From: Desulfobacterales bacterium
GTDB lineage: Bacteria; Desulfobacterota; Desulfobacteria; Desulfobacterales; UBA5852
DNA length: 64,000 nucleotides
Assembly (NCBI GenBank): GCA_963674755.2
Contig: CAXXVS010000002.1
Location: 1,504,001 to 1,568,000, forward strand
Reading direction: 5' to 3'
Under the pieces are notes generated by a model. That model was not told the DNA's origin. It saw nothing but the letters and a program-made list of their open reading frames with translations, and did not search any database. Position 1 is the first letter of the stretch. The number at the start of each line of letters is the position of its first letter. Below are positions 1 through 10,139 of this stretch, in pieces. Position numbers and translations under genes: made by a program.

Positions 1-1073
1 GCAACCAGGCCGTGCAGCAGGTGGAAGCCGGGCTGCAGGCCATCTATCTCAGCGGCTGGCAGGTGGCGGCCGACGCCAACCTGGCCGGCGAGATGTATCC
101 CGATCAGAGCCTCTACCCTGCTAACAGCGTACCGGCGGTGGTGCGCCGCATCAACAATGCCCTGCGGCGGGCGGACCAGATCCAGGTGCTGGACTGCCGG
201 GGTGACGGTCCTTATTGGTTCGCCCCCATCGTGGCCGATGCCGAAGCCGGCTTCGGGGGACCTCTCAACGCCTATGAATTGATGAAACAGATGATCGATG
301 CCGGTGCGGCTGGCGTTCACTTCGAAGACCAGCTGGCCTCGGCCAAGAAATGCGGCCATCTGGGCGGGAAAGTGTTGGTGCCCACCAGTGAGTTCATCAC
401 CAAATTAGTGGCCGCCCGGTTGGCCGCCGATGTCTGCAATGTGCCCACCGTTCTCATTGCCCGCACGGACGCCGATGCCGCCACCCTGCTGACCAGCGAC
501 ATCGATGAACGCGACCGGCCGTTTATCGTGGACGAATCCCGCACCAGCGAGGGATTCTACCGGGTCCGCAGCGGCGTGGAGGCCGCCATTGCAAGGGGGC
601 TGGCCTATGCGCCCTACGCTGATCTGGTGTGGTGTGAAACGTCCCGCCCCGACATGGACCAGGCCAGGAAATTCGCCGAGGCCATCCACGCCGAATACCC
701 GGACAAAATGCTGGCTTACAACTGCTCGCCCTCCTTCAACTGGAAGGCCCACCTGGACGATGCCGCCATCGCCCGCTTCCAGCGCGAATTGGGCGCCATG
801 GGCTACAAGTTCCAGTTCGTGACCCTGGCCGGCTTTCACTCCCTTAACCTGGGCATGTTCAACCTGGCGCGCTCCTACAAGGACAACGGCATGCTGGCCT
901 ACTCCAACTTCCAGCAGGACGAGTTCGAACAGGAAAAAGAGGGCGGCTACAGCGCCATCACCCACCAGCGTTTCGTGGGGGCCGGCTATTTCGACCGCCT
1001 GATGAACACGGTCACCGCCGGGCAGACCTCGGTCTCCGCCCTCAAGGGATCCACCGAAGAAGAGCAATTCTGA
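1..1073 (+). CDS. aceA: Isocitrate lyase (5' end outside window)
   Basis: KKCGH catalytic motif, [29 protein letters not shown]-terminal STEEEQF. Confidence 0.97.
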   Translation, partial: NQAVQQVEAGLQAIYLSGWQVAADANLAGEMYPDQSLYPANSVPAVVRRINNALRRADQIQVLDCRGDGPYWFAPIVADAEAGFGGPLNAYELMKQMIDAGAAGVHFEDQLASAKKCGHLGGKVLVPTSEFITKLVAARLAADVCNVPTVLIARTDADAATLLTSDIDERDRPFIVDESRTSEGFYRVRSGVEAAIARGLAYAPYADLVWCETSRPDMDQARKFAEAIHAEYPDKMLAYNCSPSFNWKAHLDDAAIARFQRELGAMGYKFQFVTLAGFHSLNLGMFNLARSYKDNGMLAYSNFQQDEFEQEKEGGYSAITHQRFVGAGYFDRLMNTVTAGQTSVSALKGSTEEEQF

Positions 1074-1281
1074 GCTGCAACCCGATAAACCCGTCTTCCC
1101 CGACGGGGTCCCCATGACCAACGGCCGATCCGCTTTGCGAATCGGCCGTTATGTCGTGTATATTTTCTCCAGTCGCTCCATGCGCGGTGATCTGATGTCC
1201 CATGACCCCATCGAAACCCCGTTGAGTTCGCTGCCAAAATCTGCTATCTCCCCCGCGGTCCTTTTTCACCAACTGCTAGGG

Positions 1282-1426
1282 AGTGCCCATCCAGAGGTGG
1301 TAGATTTTGGTTCCGGGCAAGGCCGCAGCCGACTGGCACCCGCAGGCGTAGCCGGGCTACGCCGAGGACCGACAGGAGGCGAGAACGCCGCCAGGGGCCA
1401 AAAGATGCCACCGCTGGATGGGCACT
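1282..1426 (+). mobile_element. MITE-like element, family 1, copy 1
   Basis: Terminal inverted repeats AGTGCCCATCCAGAGGTGG / CCACCGCTGGATGGGCACT (18/19 match); internal palindrome GGCGTAGCCGGGCTACGCC at 1345-1363; related copies elsewhere in the window. Confidence 0.8.
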
Positions 1427-1437
1427 AAGGAGTTGTC

Positions 1438-2583
1438 ATGACTGCCTTTGATTTCGACCGCCCCATCGACCGCCGCCATACGGCCAGCCTCAAATGGGAC
1501 AAATACGCCGGACGGGATGTTCTGCCCCTGTGGGTGGCCGATATGGACTTTGCCGTGCCGCCGGCAGTCATCGAGGCCCTGCACGAACGTCTCGCCCATC
1601 CCGTCCTGGGCTATACCCGCCCCCCGCAGAGCCTGGTGGAGACCGTGGTCCGGGTGCTGCGGCAGCAGTATGACTGGTCTATTGAACCGGAATGGATCGT
1701 ATGGCTGCCCGGGCTGGTCACCGGTCTCAATGTGGCCTGCCGTAGCGTGGGCCAGGATGGCGACGCGGTGGTGACCGCCACCCCGGTCTATCCGCCCTTT
1801 CTGAAAGCGCCCCTGTTGGCCCGCCGCAAGTTGATCACCGTGCCCCTGCGCCAGGACACGACCGGCTGGCATTGGGACCTGGAACGTCTGGAGGCCGGCC
1901 TGACGCCCCAAACCCGGCTGCTGCTGCTGTGCAGTCCCCACAATCCGGTGGGACGCGCGTTCCGCCGGGAGGAACTGCTGGAGCTGATCGCCATTTGCGA
2001 ACGTCACGATATCATCATCTGTTCGGATGAAATCCACGGCGATCTCATCCTGTCCCCGGATTGCCGGCACATCCCGACCGCCTCGGTCAGCCCCGCGGCC
2101 CATGAGCGCTGCATCACCCTCATGGCCCCCAGCAAGACCTTCAACATCCCAGGATTGGGCTGCGCATTCGCCGTCATCGGCAGCGCGCGCCTGCGCCGCC
2201 GGTTTCGCGAGGTCATGGCCGGCATCGTGCCCGATGTGAACCTGCTGGGCTACACGGCGGCCGAAGCCGCCTATCGTCACGGCTGGGACTGGCAGCGGAA
2301 CCTGCTGGACTACCTGCGGCAAAACCGCGACCTGGTTGTCCACGCGGTCGACCGCATGCCGCCCCTGCGGATCGATTCGCCGGAAGCCACCTACCTGGCC
2401 TGGATCGATGCCCGGGGGCTGACAGTGCCCGATCCGGCCGCCTTTTTCGAAACGGCCGGGGTCGGGCTGTCAGATGGGAAGGATTTTGGCGCGGAAGGGT
2501 TTTTGCGTCTCAATTTCGGTTGCCGGCGCGCCCTGCTGGAGGAGGCCCTGGCGCGCATGGGACAGGCGCTTGACCATCGTTAA
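1438..2583 (+). CDS. PatB/MalY-family PLP-dependent C-S lyase
   Basis: PLWVADMDF, LCSPHNPVGR, SDEIHGDL, APSKTFNIPGL, RLNFGC; AAGGAG RBS. Confidence 0.93.
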   Translation: MTAFDFDRPIDRRHTASLKWDKYAGRDVLPLWVADMDFAVPPAVIEALHERLAHPVLGYTRPPQSLVETVVRVLRQQYDWSIEPEWIVWLPGLVTGLNVACRSVGQDGDAVVTATPVYPPFLKAPLLARRKLITVPLRQDTTGWHWDLERLEAGLTPQTRLLLLCSPHNPVGRAFRREELLELIAICERHDIIICSDEIHGDLILSPDCRHIPTASVSPAAHERCITLMAPSKTFNIPGLGCAFAVIGSARLRRRFREVMAGIVPDVNLLGYTAAEAAYRHGWDWQRNLLDYLRQNRDLVVHAVDRMPPLRIDSPEATYLAWIDARGLTVPDPAAFFETAGVGLSDGKDFGAEGFLRLNFGCRRALLEEALARMGQALDHR

Positions 2584-2601
2584 ACAACCCTTCCTCCGGC
2601 C

Positions 2602-3507
2602 TTAGGTGTCCAGGTCGTCTTCCTCGTCGACGTAGTTCCGTCGGCGTCGTTGGAGACGCACAAAACCCAACAGGGTTGCCAGGGCGGCCAAAAAGAAAAG
2701 AACCCAATAGATTTGGCCGGCCATGCGCGCCAGCCATGCCAGGGGGGAAGTCTGCTGCTCACGCCAGTCCGTTTCCAAGCGCGACAGTGAAATGCCGCTG
2801 ACCGCCCCCACACTCCCCTCTATCGACCCGCCCGCCGCCAGGTGGGCCAGCAAATCCTTGATGACACCCTCCCCGTAGCGCCTTGTCATGTAACCGATGA
2901 CGCTGCGGCTCTGTTCGTAGGCCAGCTGCAAGCCGAATGCATCCCCGGGGAAACGTTCCGCCAAAGCCGCCAGGGGTATCACCCGGTCTGCGGCGAGCGC
3001 TTCCCCCAGAAGCAGCTGCCCCTGTCCGGAAAGGACCTCCGAGAGTCCGTCACTGAGGTGTTGGGCAATCCCTTCGTCCAGCCAGCGGGGCAGACGTCCC
3101 GTCGGAATGTGGCGATGGAGGAGGAGGTGGGCGTATTCGTGTTTGAGCACCGGTCGTAGCGTGTCGGGCCGATGCTTGAAGCGCGAAAGATCCATCACGA
3201 CCTGCTGCTGTTCCGGCAAGGCAAAGGCCACAAAAGTCCGTTCGCCTCCCAGGCGATGGAAGTCATCCCTATGGACGACGGGGATCACGGTGGGGCGAAA
3301 ATCCACTTTCAACCCGGTAGCCGCTTCCAGCGCCTTGAAAAGTCCCGGGCTGAGGGTCGCAATACGTTCGGCGGCGGAATGGCTCCTTTCCGTATAGAGC
3401 ACGCGAACGGCGTCCGTCTCCAAGGCATACCGGTCCTCCGCCACCGCCTGGGCACCCGTCAGCGGCAGGAGCAAGAGGCCTGCGAGGAGGATCACGGTGG
3501 GTCGCAT
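2602..3507 (-). CDS. Peptidase MA-family (zincin) exported, membrane-anchored protein
   Basis: Signal peptide, HEYAH...PRWLDEGIA, AY motif, C-terminal TM helix. Confidence 0.8.
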   Translation of the reverse strand: MRPTVILLAGLLLLPLTGAQAVAEDRYALETDAVRVLYTERSHSAAERIATLSPGLFKALEAATGLKVDFRPTVIPVVHRDDFHRLGGERTFVAFALPEQQQVVMDLSRFKHRPDTLRPVLKHEYAHLLLHRHIPTGRLPRWLDEGIAQHLSDGLSEVLSGQGQLLLGEALAADRVIPLAALAERFPGDAFGLQLAYEQSRSVIGYMTRRYGEGVIKDLLAHLAAGGSIEGSVGAVSGISLSRLETDWREQQTSPLAWLARMAGQIYWVLFFLAALATLLGFVRLQRRRRNYVDEEDDLDT

Positions 3508-3739
3508 GGCATATCCATCTTCTGATTTTTTCAATGTTTACGACAAGGCGACAATCTCGTATACTTCGCACTGCAACGCTATATGAGGCGTGCCGGGAGG
3601 GCTTGTCAAGGCCGCCACGAGCCTCTGTCAAGCGGGTGGGCCCTCTACGGCCGTTCCCCCCGCAGAAACCGGAGGATGCGGAAAAATCGCCGCCGGCAAA
3701 AATGTTTTTGCAGCCGGCGCCAGATCAAGGGAGGGTGGT

Positions 3740-3946
3740 ATGGAAGCTGGCGACATCGTCAATTTGACCACGACCATACTGGCGCTGGCCGCCGTGATCG
3801 TCCTGTTTCGGATATTTCGGGGGGATCGGAGTGACAACAAGGGGGGGATGGCATTTGCGGTCGTGATCCTCGGCGGACTGGCCTATTTTATCCGTACCGA
3901 CATGGGCCGGCGGCTGGTGGACCACCTGTTTGCCATTCTGCAGTAA
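3740..3946 (+). CDS. Small two-TM hypothetical membrane protein
   Basis: GGAGG RBS, two hydrophobic segments. Confidence 0.65.
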   Translation: MEAGDIVNLTTTILALAAVIVLFRIFRGDRSDNKGGMAFAVVILGGLAYFIRTDMGRRLVDHLFAILQ

Positions 3947-3989
3947 GATGGAATGACCGCCGGGCGTCCTGGACATATCGGCGGCAACC

Positions 3990-4367
3990 TTATTTGAGGA
4001 TCTCGGAACGCCCTTCGAAGCGGGCGCCTTCGTGGATTTGGATCGATCGGGCCCGACAATCGCCGATCAGGATCCCCTGGGGTTCAATGGTGACGGTTTC
4101 ACGGGCCTCAATATTGGCGTTCACCCGGCCCTGAATCGTGATGTTGCGTGCCGCGATAACGGCTTCCACATTACCGCTGACGGCAATGCACACATCTCCC
4201 GCCGTCTGAAGGCGACCCTTGACCCGCCCCTCGATCACCAGGTTACCACGGCCTTCCAATTCCCCCTCGATACAAATGTCGCGGCTGATCACGGCACGGG
4301 GTTGACCGTCTTCGCGACCCGACGTTTCGGAAGGACTGCCCGACGGGGTTTGCTTTGCTGCCGTCAT
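3990..4367 (-). CDS. Bactofilin (polymer-forming cytoskeletal protein)
   Basis: IEGELEGRGNLVIEGRVKG beta-helix repeats, GARFEG C-terminus. Confidence 0.88.
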   Translation of the reverse strand: MTAAKQTPSGSPSETSGREDGQPRAVISRDICIEGELEGRGNLVIEGRVKGRLQTAGDVCIAVSGNVEAVIAARNITIQGRVNANIEARETVTIEPQGILIGDCRARSIQIHEGARFEGRSEILK

Positions 4368-4786
4368 TTTCCTTGCTCCCATCCCTTAACAGAAGCGTCG
4401 CGCGCCGGCATGGCAACCTCCCCGTTGAGCTGCGCTCCTGATTCCATATGCAAGCGCGGGGTTTGCACCTGTCCGTCGACCCGTGCGGTTTCTTCCAGGT
4501 GCACGCCGCGCGAGGATTCCAGACGACCCTCCAGGCACCCTCCGACGCGGATGTCTTCCGCACGGAAGAAGCCCTTCACCATAGCGGGCGAGTCGATAAT
4601 CAAAGGACCCTGAATTTCGAGTTCCCCCTCATAGGCACATTGGATAATCACGCGGCCTTTGCCGTAGATACGCCCTTTGACCTGCCATCCCGGCGACATG
4701 ACCGTTCGGTCGGCAGGCGTCGATCGACGATCCGCCTCGGTCTGTTTGGTGTTTTTCGAAACGTTTTTTTTCCGCCATTTCAGCAT
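4364..4786 (-). CDS. Bactofilin (second, translationally coupled)
   Basis: Beta-helix repeats, ARVDGQVQTPRLHMESGAQLNG; ATGA overlap with the downstream gene. Confidence 0.85.
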   Translation of the reverse strand: MLKWRKKNVSKNTKQTEADRRSTPADRTVMSPGWQVKGRIYGKGRVIIQCAYEGELEIQGPLIIDSPAMVKGFFRAEDIRVGGCLEGRLESSRGVHLEETARVDGQVQTPRLHMESGAQLNGEVAMPARDASVKGWEQGK

Positions 4787-5091
4787 CTGATCAACCCTCG
4801 GTTATTTGGCCATGGAACGCCGCTTGAGCGTTTCACGCCCATATCGCGAAGTTCGCTAAAGGTCAATCGCATATTCCCAAAAGCCGGCCAGTCCTAGCCA
4901 TTGGGCAAATGAGGCGAAATCGCGATCGGTCCGGCCGGTTGCGCAGACGACCGCTTAATCGCTTGAGTTTCCCACCAAGGTGTCTTAGTGTGGCTTTTCA
5001 GGTAAGATGGCCCGGATCGTGTAAACGGTCAGGGTCAAACGGTCATTGTCTTTTTATAGCGCAACCCCAGGGACTACAGGAGGCCTGCCAC

Positions 5092-5592
5092 ATGCCCGGC
5101 ACAACTACCGTCGATATTTTGAAGAGCGCGATTCTATTGGAGAAAAAAGGCCGGGCCTTTTACAGCCAGGTTGCCGAGCAGAGTTCGCATACCGCGGTCA
5201 AACGGTTTTTCGAACTGATGGCGGACGAAGAAGCCGAACATATCCGGATCCTCACCGAACAATTCCAATCCTATCAGGATACGAAACGGTTTATGCCGCT
5301 AGCCGCCCCCGGCACCAGCGCCGATATCGCCGGCAAGGTCTTGACCGGCGACCTGGTGGCGGCCATCGCAGCGGCCGACTATGAAGCGGCCGCCATTTCC
5401 GCGGCCATGGCATTGGAGAAGAATGCCGTCCGTCTTTATAGCGACCGTGCTGCCAGCGCCTCGGATTCCGAAGAAAAGGCCCTCTATGACTGGCTCAGCC
5501 GCTGGGAGCAGTCCCACCTGCAATTCCTTGCGGATATCGACCGGGAAATCACCGAACGCATTTGGAACGACAATCATTTCTGGTCGTTCTGA
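5092..5592 (+). CDS. Ferritin-like / rubrerythrin-domain protein
   Basis: E..G..FY, EEAEH, ALEKNAVRLY, WEQSH di-iron motifs; AGGAGG RBS. Confidence 0.88.
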   Translation: MPGTTTVDILKSAILLEKKGRAFYSQVAEQSSHTAVKRFFELMADEEAEHIRILTEQFQSYQDTKRFMPLAAPGTSADIAGKVLTGDLVAAIAAADYEAAAISAAMALEKNAVRLYSDRAASASDSEEKALYDWLSRWEQSHLQFLADIDREITERIWNDNHFWSF

Positions 5593-5902
5593 TTCCATCG
5601 AAACGCACCGCTTCCGGGTTTTTTCCTGAAAACCATCCTGCCGGCCAGCCTTTCTTGCAAGGCCGGCCGGATCGGACCCCACCCCTCCTTAGGGCTTCGG
5701 CATCACCATCGTAAACCGGTGCCGAAGCGGTCGCCGCCGTCCCGGCACAGGCATTGATTCAAGTCAATGCGCTGGCAGGCCGATAAGCATTCAATCGGTC
5801 CTGCCCGGCAGACAGCCAATGCCGCTTGCCAACCGCGCCGGACATATTCAGTTCCTTGAATCGGCCCAACCGCCGCCGGAGAAAAATTACGTGCCGATAG
5901 CG

Positions 5903-8900
5903 ATGAACAAGCCTCTTTCATCCGATACCGCCAAAGAAATCAGCTGCCGTATCACCCGAACCCTGCTGATGTATGTAAGGGAAAACAACGGCGGTTCCCT
6001 GGGCAGTCTTCTGGATGGTCTGCCTTTGGACGAAACCTACCTTTCCGACCCGAACCAATGGGTCTCCCATGCCTTGCTGCAGCGACTCTATCGACGGATG
6101 CTGGACCAGCTCGGGGACGACCAGGCCGTCTACAAAATGACCCTGGCATCTGAACGTTACCGCTCTTTGGGGATTCTGGACAGTATTGTGCGCCTCATAG
6201 GCAGCCCGAAACTGATTTATGCCCAGGCACCCAAATACAACAAACTCCTTAAACGCAACGGCCGCGTCCTCATCCATGATATCGGCGAGGACTGGGTCCT
6301 GCTGGAAGATCGCTACCATGAAAGCGCCCAAAAGAGCCGCTTCGATTGCGACTATACCCGAGGCGTCATTGCCGGCATTCCCACCCTGTTCGGTCTGCCG
6401 GAAGCTGAGGTCGAGGAGATCGAATGCCAGGTGGCACCGGAGGTATACGGCCCCCGCACCTGGCCGGACAACCCGCGCCAGGGATGCGGCGGCTGTCTAT
6501 ACCGCGTTTCCTGGCGTCGGGATTTCAAGCCGTCCTTATGGAAACGCCTTTTCAAACGCGGGCACTACTTCCGCGAAGCCGTTGAAGAACTTCAGGAGTC
6601 CAATCGGCTGATTCAGGAAAAATACGAGGAAACCCGCCGACTGGCCGCCGAGCTCGACGAGGCCAATCGCAAATTGGAAGCCCAGGCGCAAGCCCTTATG
6701 GCTTCCGAACGCCAATATCGCGTCCTGGCGGACAATGCCACCGACGTCATCTGGATCATGGATCTGGCGCACCTCAAATTCGACTATGTCAGTCCTTCGG
6801 TGGAACGGATGCGGGGCTTTTCCCCGCAAGAAGCCATGGCCCTGTCCCTGGAGGCAACCCTTTCCCCCGAGTCTCTGGAGGAGGTGACCCACATCCTGAC
6901 GGAGGAGCTGGCCCGTGACGGCCAGCCAGGCGTCGATCCCCAACGGTCCCGCACGATCCAAATCCAGGAATCCCATAAAGACGGCACCTATGGTTGGGCC
7001 GAAGTGCAGGTATCCCTTTTACGTGATGCAGACGGCCGCCCGACCGCCGTCATGGGGGTTACCCGCGATATTACCGAACGCATACAGGCGGAAGCGGCTA
7101 AAGCGGAAAGCGAGGCCAAGTATCGCAACCTGTTTATCAACGGCATGGATCTGGTCTGCGTCCATGATCTGGACGGCAACCTGCTGGAGACCAATCTGCC
7201 CTATCAAACGCAATATGGCTGGGGACAGCAAGATCTCAAGCGCCTCAATATTCGTGGCTTGCTCCCGGAGCATCTCAAGCCGGAATTCGATCGTTATCTC
7301 GAACGGATTATCCGCAAAGGCTCGGCCGAAGGCTACCTTGAAGGGCTTACCAAGAACGGCCGCAATGTCATTCTCGAATATCGCAACACCCTGATCTACG
7401 ATGCCGACGGCCAGCCCAAAGCCGTTCAGGGTGCGGCCAGGGATGTGACCGAGAAATTGCGGGCAGAGCGCGCCCTCAGGGAAAACGAGGAAAAGTATCG
7501 CGAGCTTGTCCAGTATGCGCCGGCCGGAATCTATGAATTCGATCTGGAGAACATGTGCTTCGTCAGCGTCAATGATGTGATGTGCGAGTACACGGGCTAT
7601 ACCCGGGAAGAATTCCTGAAGATGGATCCCTACCAGCTCATCGCCGGGGAAAGCCGGGACACGGCCGATAGGGTGCTCGAAGAGGTTCTTTCCGGCCGGT
7701 CCGATCCGAATGCGGCCGAATACAAAATCCGCGGAAAGAACGGCCGCGAATTCTGGGTGCTGGTCAACTCCAAGATTTTCTTCCGCAAGGGCGTTCCCGT
7801 GCGCTCCATGTCGGTGGTCCACGACCTCACCGTGATCCACAACGCCCAGGAAGAAAAGCGCAAGCTGGAAATCCAGCTTCAGAATGCCCAGAAACTGGAA
7901 TCACTGGGCACCCTGGCCGGCGGCGTGGCCCACGATCTGAACAATATCCTGAGCGGCATCGTCAGCTATCCCGAACTGCTGCTGCTCGACCTGGAACCCG
8001 ACAGCCCCATGCGAGAGCCGTTGCAGGCCATCAAGGAGTCCGGCGAAAAGGCAGCCGAAATCGTGCAGGATCTGCTAACCCTGGCCCGTCGCGGCGTGGC
8101 CGGCAAAAAAACCACCAATCTCAACCATATCGTGGCCGATTTCCTCAAATCGCCGGAGTATCGCAACCTGATCTCCCGCAACAGCCGGATTTCAGTGGTG
8201 ACGGACATGGGGTCGGATATTCTCAACATGGCCGGGAGCCCTTTTCATCTATCCAAGACGCTGATGAATCTGGTATCCAATGCCGTTGATGCCATGCCCT
8301 CCGGCGGCGCGATTACCATCGCAACGCTAAATCGCTATATCGATGCGGCCTATCTGGGATACGAAACCATTCCGGAAGGAGAATATACCGTTTTGGAGGT
8401 CGCTGATCAGGGGTTCGGCATATCCGCCGATGACGTGACCCGCATTTTTGAACCCTTCTATACGAAAAAGTCCATGGGGCACAGCGGTACGGGGTTAGGC
8501 ATGTCCGTCGTGTGGGGAACGGTCAAGGACCATGACGGATTCATCGATATTCGTTCCGAAGAGGGGGCCGGAACCACTTTCACGCTCTACTTCCCGGCCA
8601 CCCGAACTACCGAGGAGATGGCCGAACCGATTTACATCGAGGACTATCTCGGGCAGGGCGAATCGATTCTCGTGGTCGATGATTCGCAAAAACAGCTCAG
8701 CCTGGCAGCCCGCATGCTGCAGCGGCTGGGCTATGGCATCGAGACCGCCGGCAGCGGGGAAAACGCGTTGGAACGCATGGAGGCGCGGCGCTTCGACCTG
8801 GTGATCCTCGATATGATCATGGATCCGGGCATGGATGGTCTGGAAACCTTCAAACACATGCGGCGGATCGCGCCCCGGCAGAAAGCCATCATTGCCAGCG

Positions 8901-9037
8901 GTTATTCCGAATCGGAACGGGTGCGGGAGATGCAGCGGCTCGGTGCCGGCAGCTACGTCAAGAAACCCTACACACTTGAAAAAATCGGTATGGCCGTGCG
9001 CCGGGAGCTGGATCGGCCGCACCCCGGCGATGGCTAA
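5903..9037 (+). CDS. Hybrid histidine kinase: N-terminal V4R/H-NOX-like domain, 3 PAS, HisKA, HATPase, REC
   Basis: AHDLNN H-box, FEPFYTKK..GTGLG, LVILDMIM receiver; PAS/PAC repeats. Confidence 0.93.
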   Translation: MNKPLSSDTAKEISCRITRTLLMYVRENNGGSLGSLLDGLPLDETYLSDPNQWVSHALLQRLYRRMLDQLGDDQAVYKMTLASERYRSLGILDSIVRLIGSPKLIYAQAPKYNKLLKRNGRVLIHDIGEDWVLLEDRYHESAQKSRFDCDYTRGVIAGIPTLFGLPEAEVEEIECQVAPEVYGPRTWPDNPRQGCGGCLYRVSWRRDFKPSLWKRLFKRGHYFREAVEELQESNRLIQEKYEETRRLAAELDEANRKLEAQAQALMASERQYRVLADNATDVIWIMDLAHLKFDYVSPSVERMRGFSPQEAMALSLEATLSPESLEEVTHILTEELARDGQPGVDPQRSRTIQIQESHKDGTYGWAEVQVSLLRDADGRPTAVMGVTRDITERIQAEAAKAESEAKYRNLFINGMDLVCVHDLDGNLLETNLPYQTQYGWGQQDLKRLNIRGLLPEHLKPEFDRYLERIIRKGSAEGYLEGLTKNGRNVILEYRNTLIYDADGQPKAVQGAARDVTEKLRAERALRENEEKYRELVQYAPAGIYEFDLENMCFVSVNDVMCEYTGYTREEFLKMDPYQLIAGESRDTADRVLEEVLSGRSDPNAAEYKIRGKNGREFWVLVNSKIFFRKGVPVRSMSVVHDLTVIHNAQEEKRKLEIQLQNAQKLESLGTLAGGVAHDLNNILSGIVSYPELLLLDLEPDSPMREPLQAIKESGEKAAEIVQDLLTLARRGVAGKKTTNLNHIVADFLKSPEYRNLISRNSRISVVTDMGSDILNMAGSPFHLSKTLMNLVSNAVDAMPSGGAITIATLNRYIDAAYLGYETIPEGEYTVLEVADQGFGISADDVTRIFEPFYTKKSMGHSGTGLGMSVVWGTVKDHDGFIDIRSEEGAGTTFTLYFPATRTTEEMAEPIYIEDYLGQGESILVVDDSQKQLSLAARMLQRLGYGIETAGSGENALERMEARRFDLVILDMIMDPGMDGLETFKHMRRIAPRQKAIIASGYSESERVREMQRLGAGSYVKKPYTLEKIGMAVRRELDRPHPGDG

Positions 9038-9110
9038 CGCCCTTCCCTGCGGACAGGCCGCCTGCGCTAGTCATCCTCAAATGGCTTGAAAGGCAGGCCG
9101 TCCGGACAGC

Positions 9111-9467
9111 CTAGCTTCGGCGCGCCCAAGCCAGTCTGAGCCCCAGGCCAACGAGCACCAGGCCGCTCACACGATGGGTCCAGCCGATCACCTTGGGCCG
9201 CGCCCGCAGCCAGCCGGAAAGGATGCCCGCACCGTAGCCGATCGGTCCCTTCACGATAAAAGTCAACACGGCAAACGACACCCCTAGCAACAACAGACGA
9301 AGGGTGGGATTTACGTCGCCGGCGGGCACGAATTGCGGCAGATACGCAAAATAGAAGATGGTGATCTTGGGGTTGGAAATATTGGAGATGGCCCCCTGAA
9401 GGAACATTTTCTTCAATGACGTCCGGGCCAGCTTACCCGTATCCAGATCGGTTCGTCCGGACGGCTG
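9111..9467 (-). pseudogene. C-terminal half of a LysE/RhtB-family exporter
   Basis: FLQGAISNISNPK..FY.AYLPQFV motif; the frame extends upstream only as far as the trkA stop, so the N-terminal PGP-containing half is missing. Confidence 0.75.
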
Positions 9468-10124
9468 TCAGGGCGCGATCTTGGACAGCGATCCGCTCTT
9501 GCCGATGACAATGATGCTGTCCCCGGCGGTCAGGATGTCGTCGGCGCGGGGAATATAGCGGTAGTGGGCTTCGGCCTGTTTGCGGATGGCGATGATCTGG
9601 CAGCTGAAGCGGTTGGTCAGGTCCATGTCCCGCAGGTTCTTGCCGGCCAATTGTTCGATGGTCATCTCCCGAATGATCATGTCCGGGTCAAAGGGCAGGC
9701 GATCGATGATGCCCGGGATGTGAATACGGTCGGCCAGCTGGGCCGCGGCGATATGTTCCGGGATAATCACCGCGTCGGCGCCGATTTTACGCAGCAGGGT
9801 GGCATGATCGTCGTTGATGGCTTTCACCCATACGTTGGGCACCTTCATCTCCTTCAGGTACATGGTGGTCATGGCGCTGGTGGAGATGGAGTCACCCACG
9901 CTGATCAGGGCATGGGTGATCTCGCGGAAGCCGATTTGCTCCAGGGCCTGTTTGTTGGAAATATCCGCTTCGTACACCTGATGAAACAATTTCTGGGCCC
10001 GCTGCACATTGGCGGGGTTGGAATCGATACCGATCACCTGATGATTCAGGTGCAGGAGGGAGGTCCCCACTTTGTATCCGAATTTGCCCAGTCCGATGAC
10101 GCATATCTGCGGTTTGCCAGCCAT
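9468..10124 (-). CDS. TrkA/KtrA K+ uptake regulatory subunit (RCK N and C)
   Basis: VIGLGKFG Rossmann motif, IGADAVIIPE, RCK-C domain. Confidence 0.92.
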   Translation of the reverse strand: MAGKPQICVIGLGKFGYKVGTSLLHLNHQVIGIDSNPANVQRAQKLFHQVYEADISNKQALEQIGFREITHALISVGDSISTSAMTTMYLKEMKVPNVWVKAINDDHATLLRKIGADAVIIPEHIAAAQLADRIHIPGIIDRLPFDPDMIIREMTIEQLAGKNLRDMDLTNRFSCQIIAIRKQAEAHYRYIPRADDILTAGDSIIVIGKSGSLSKIAP

Positions 10125-10139
10125 TCAACGCTCTCCTCG

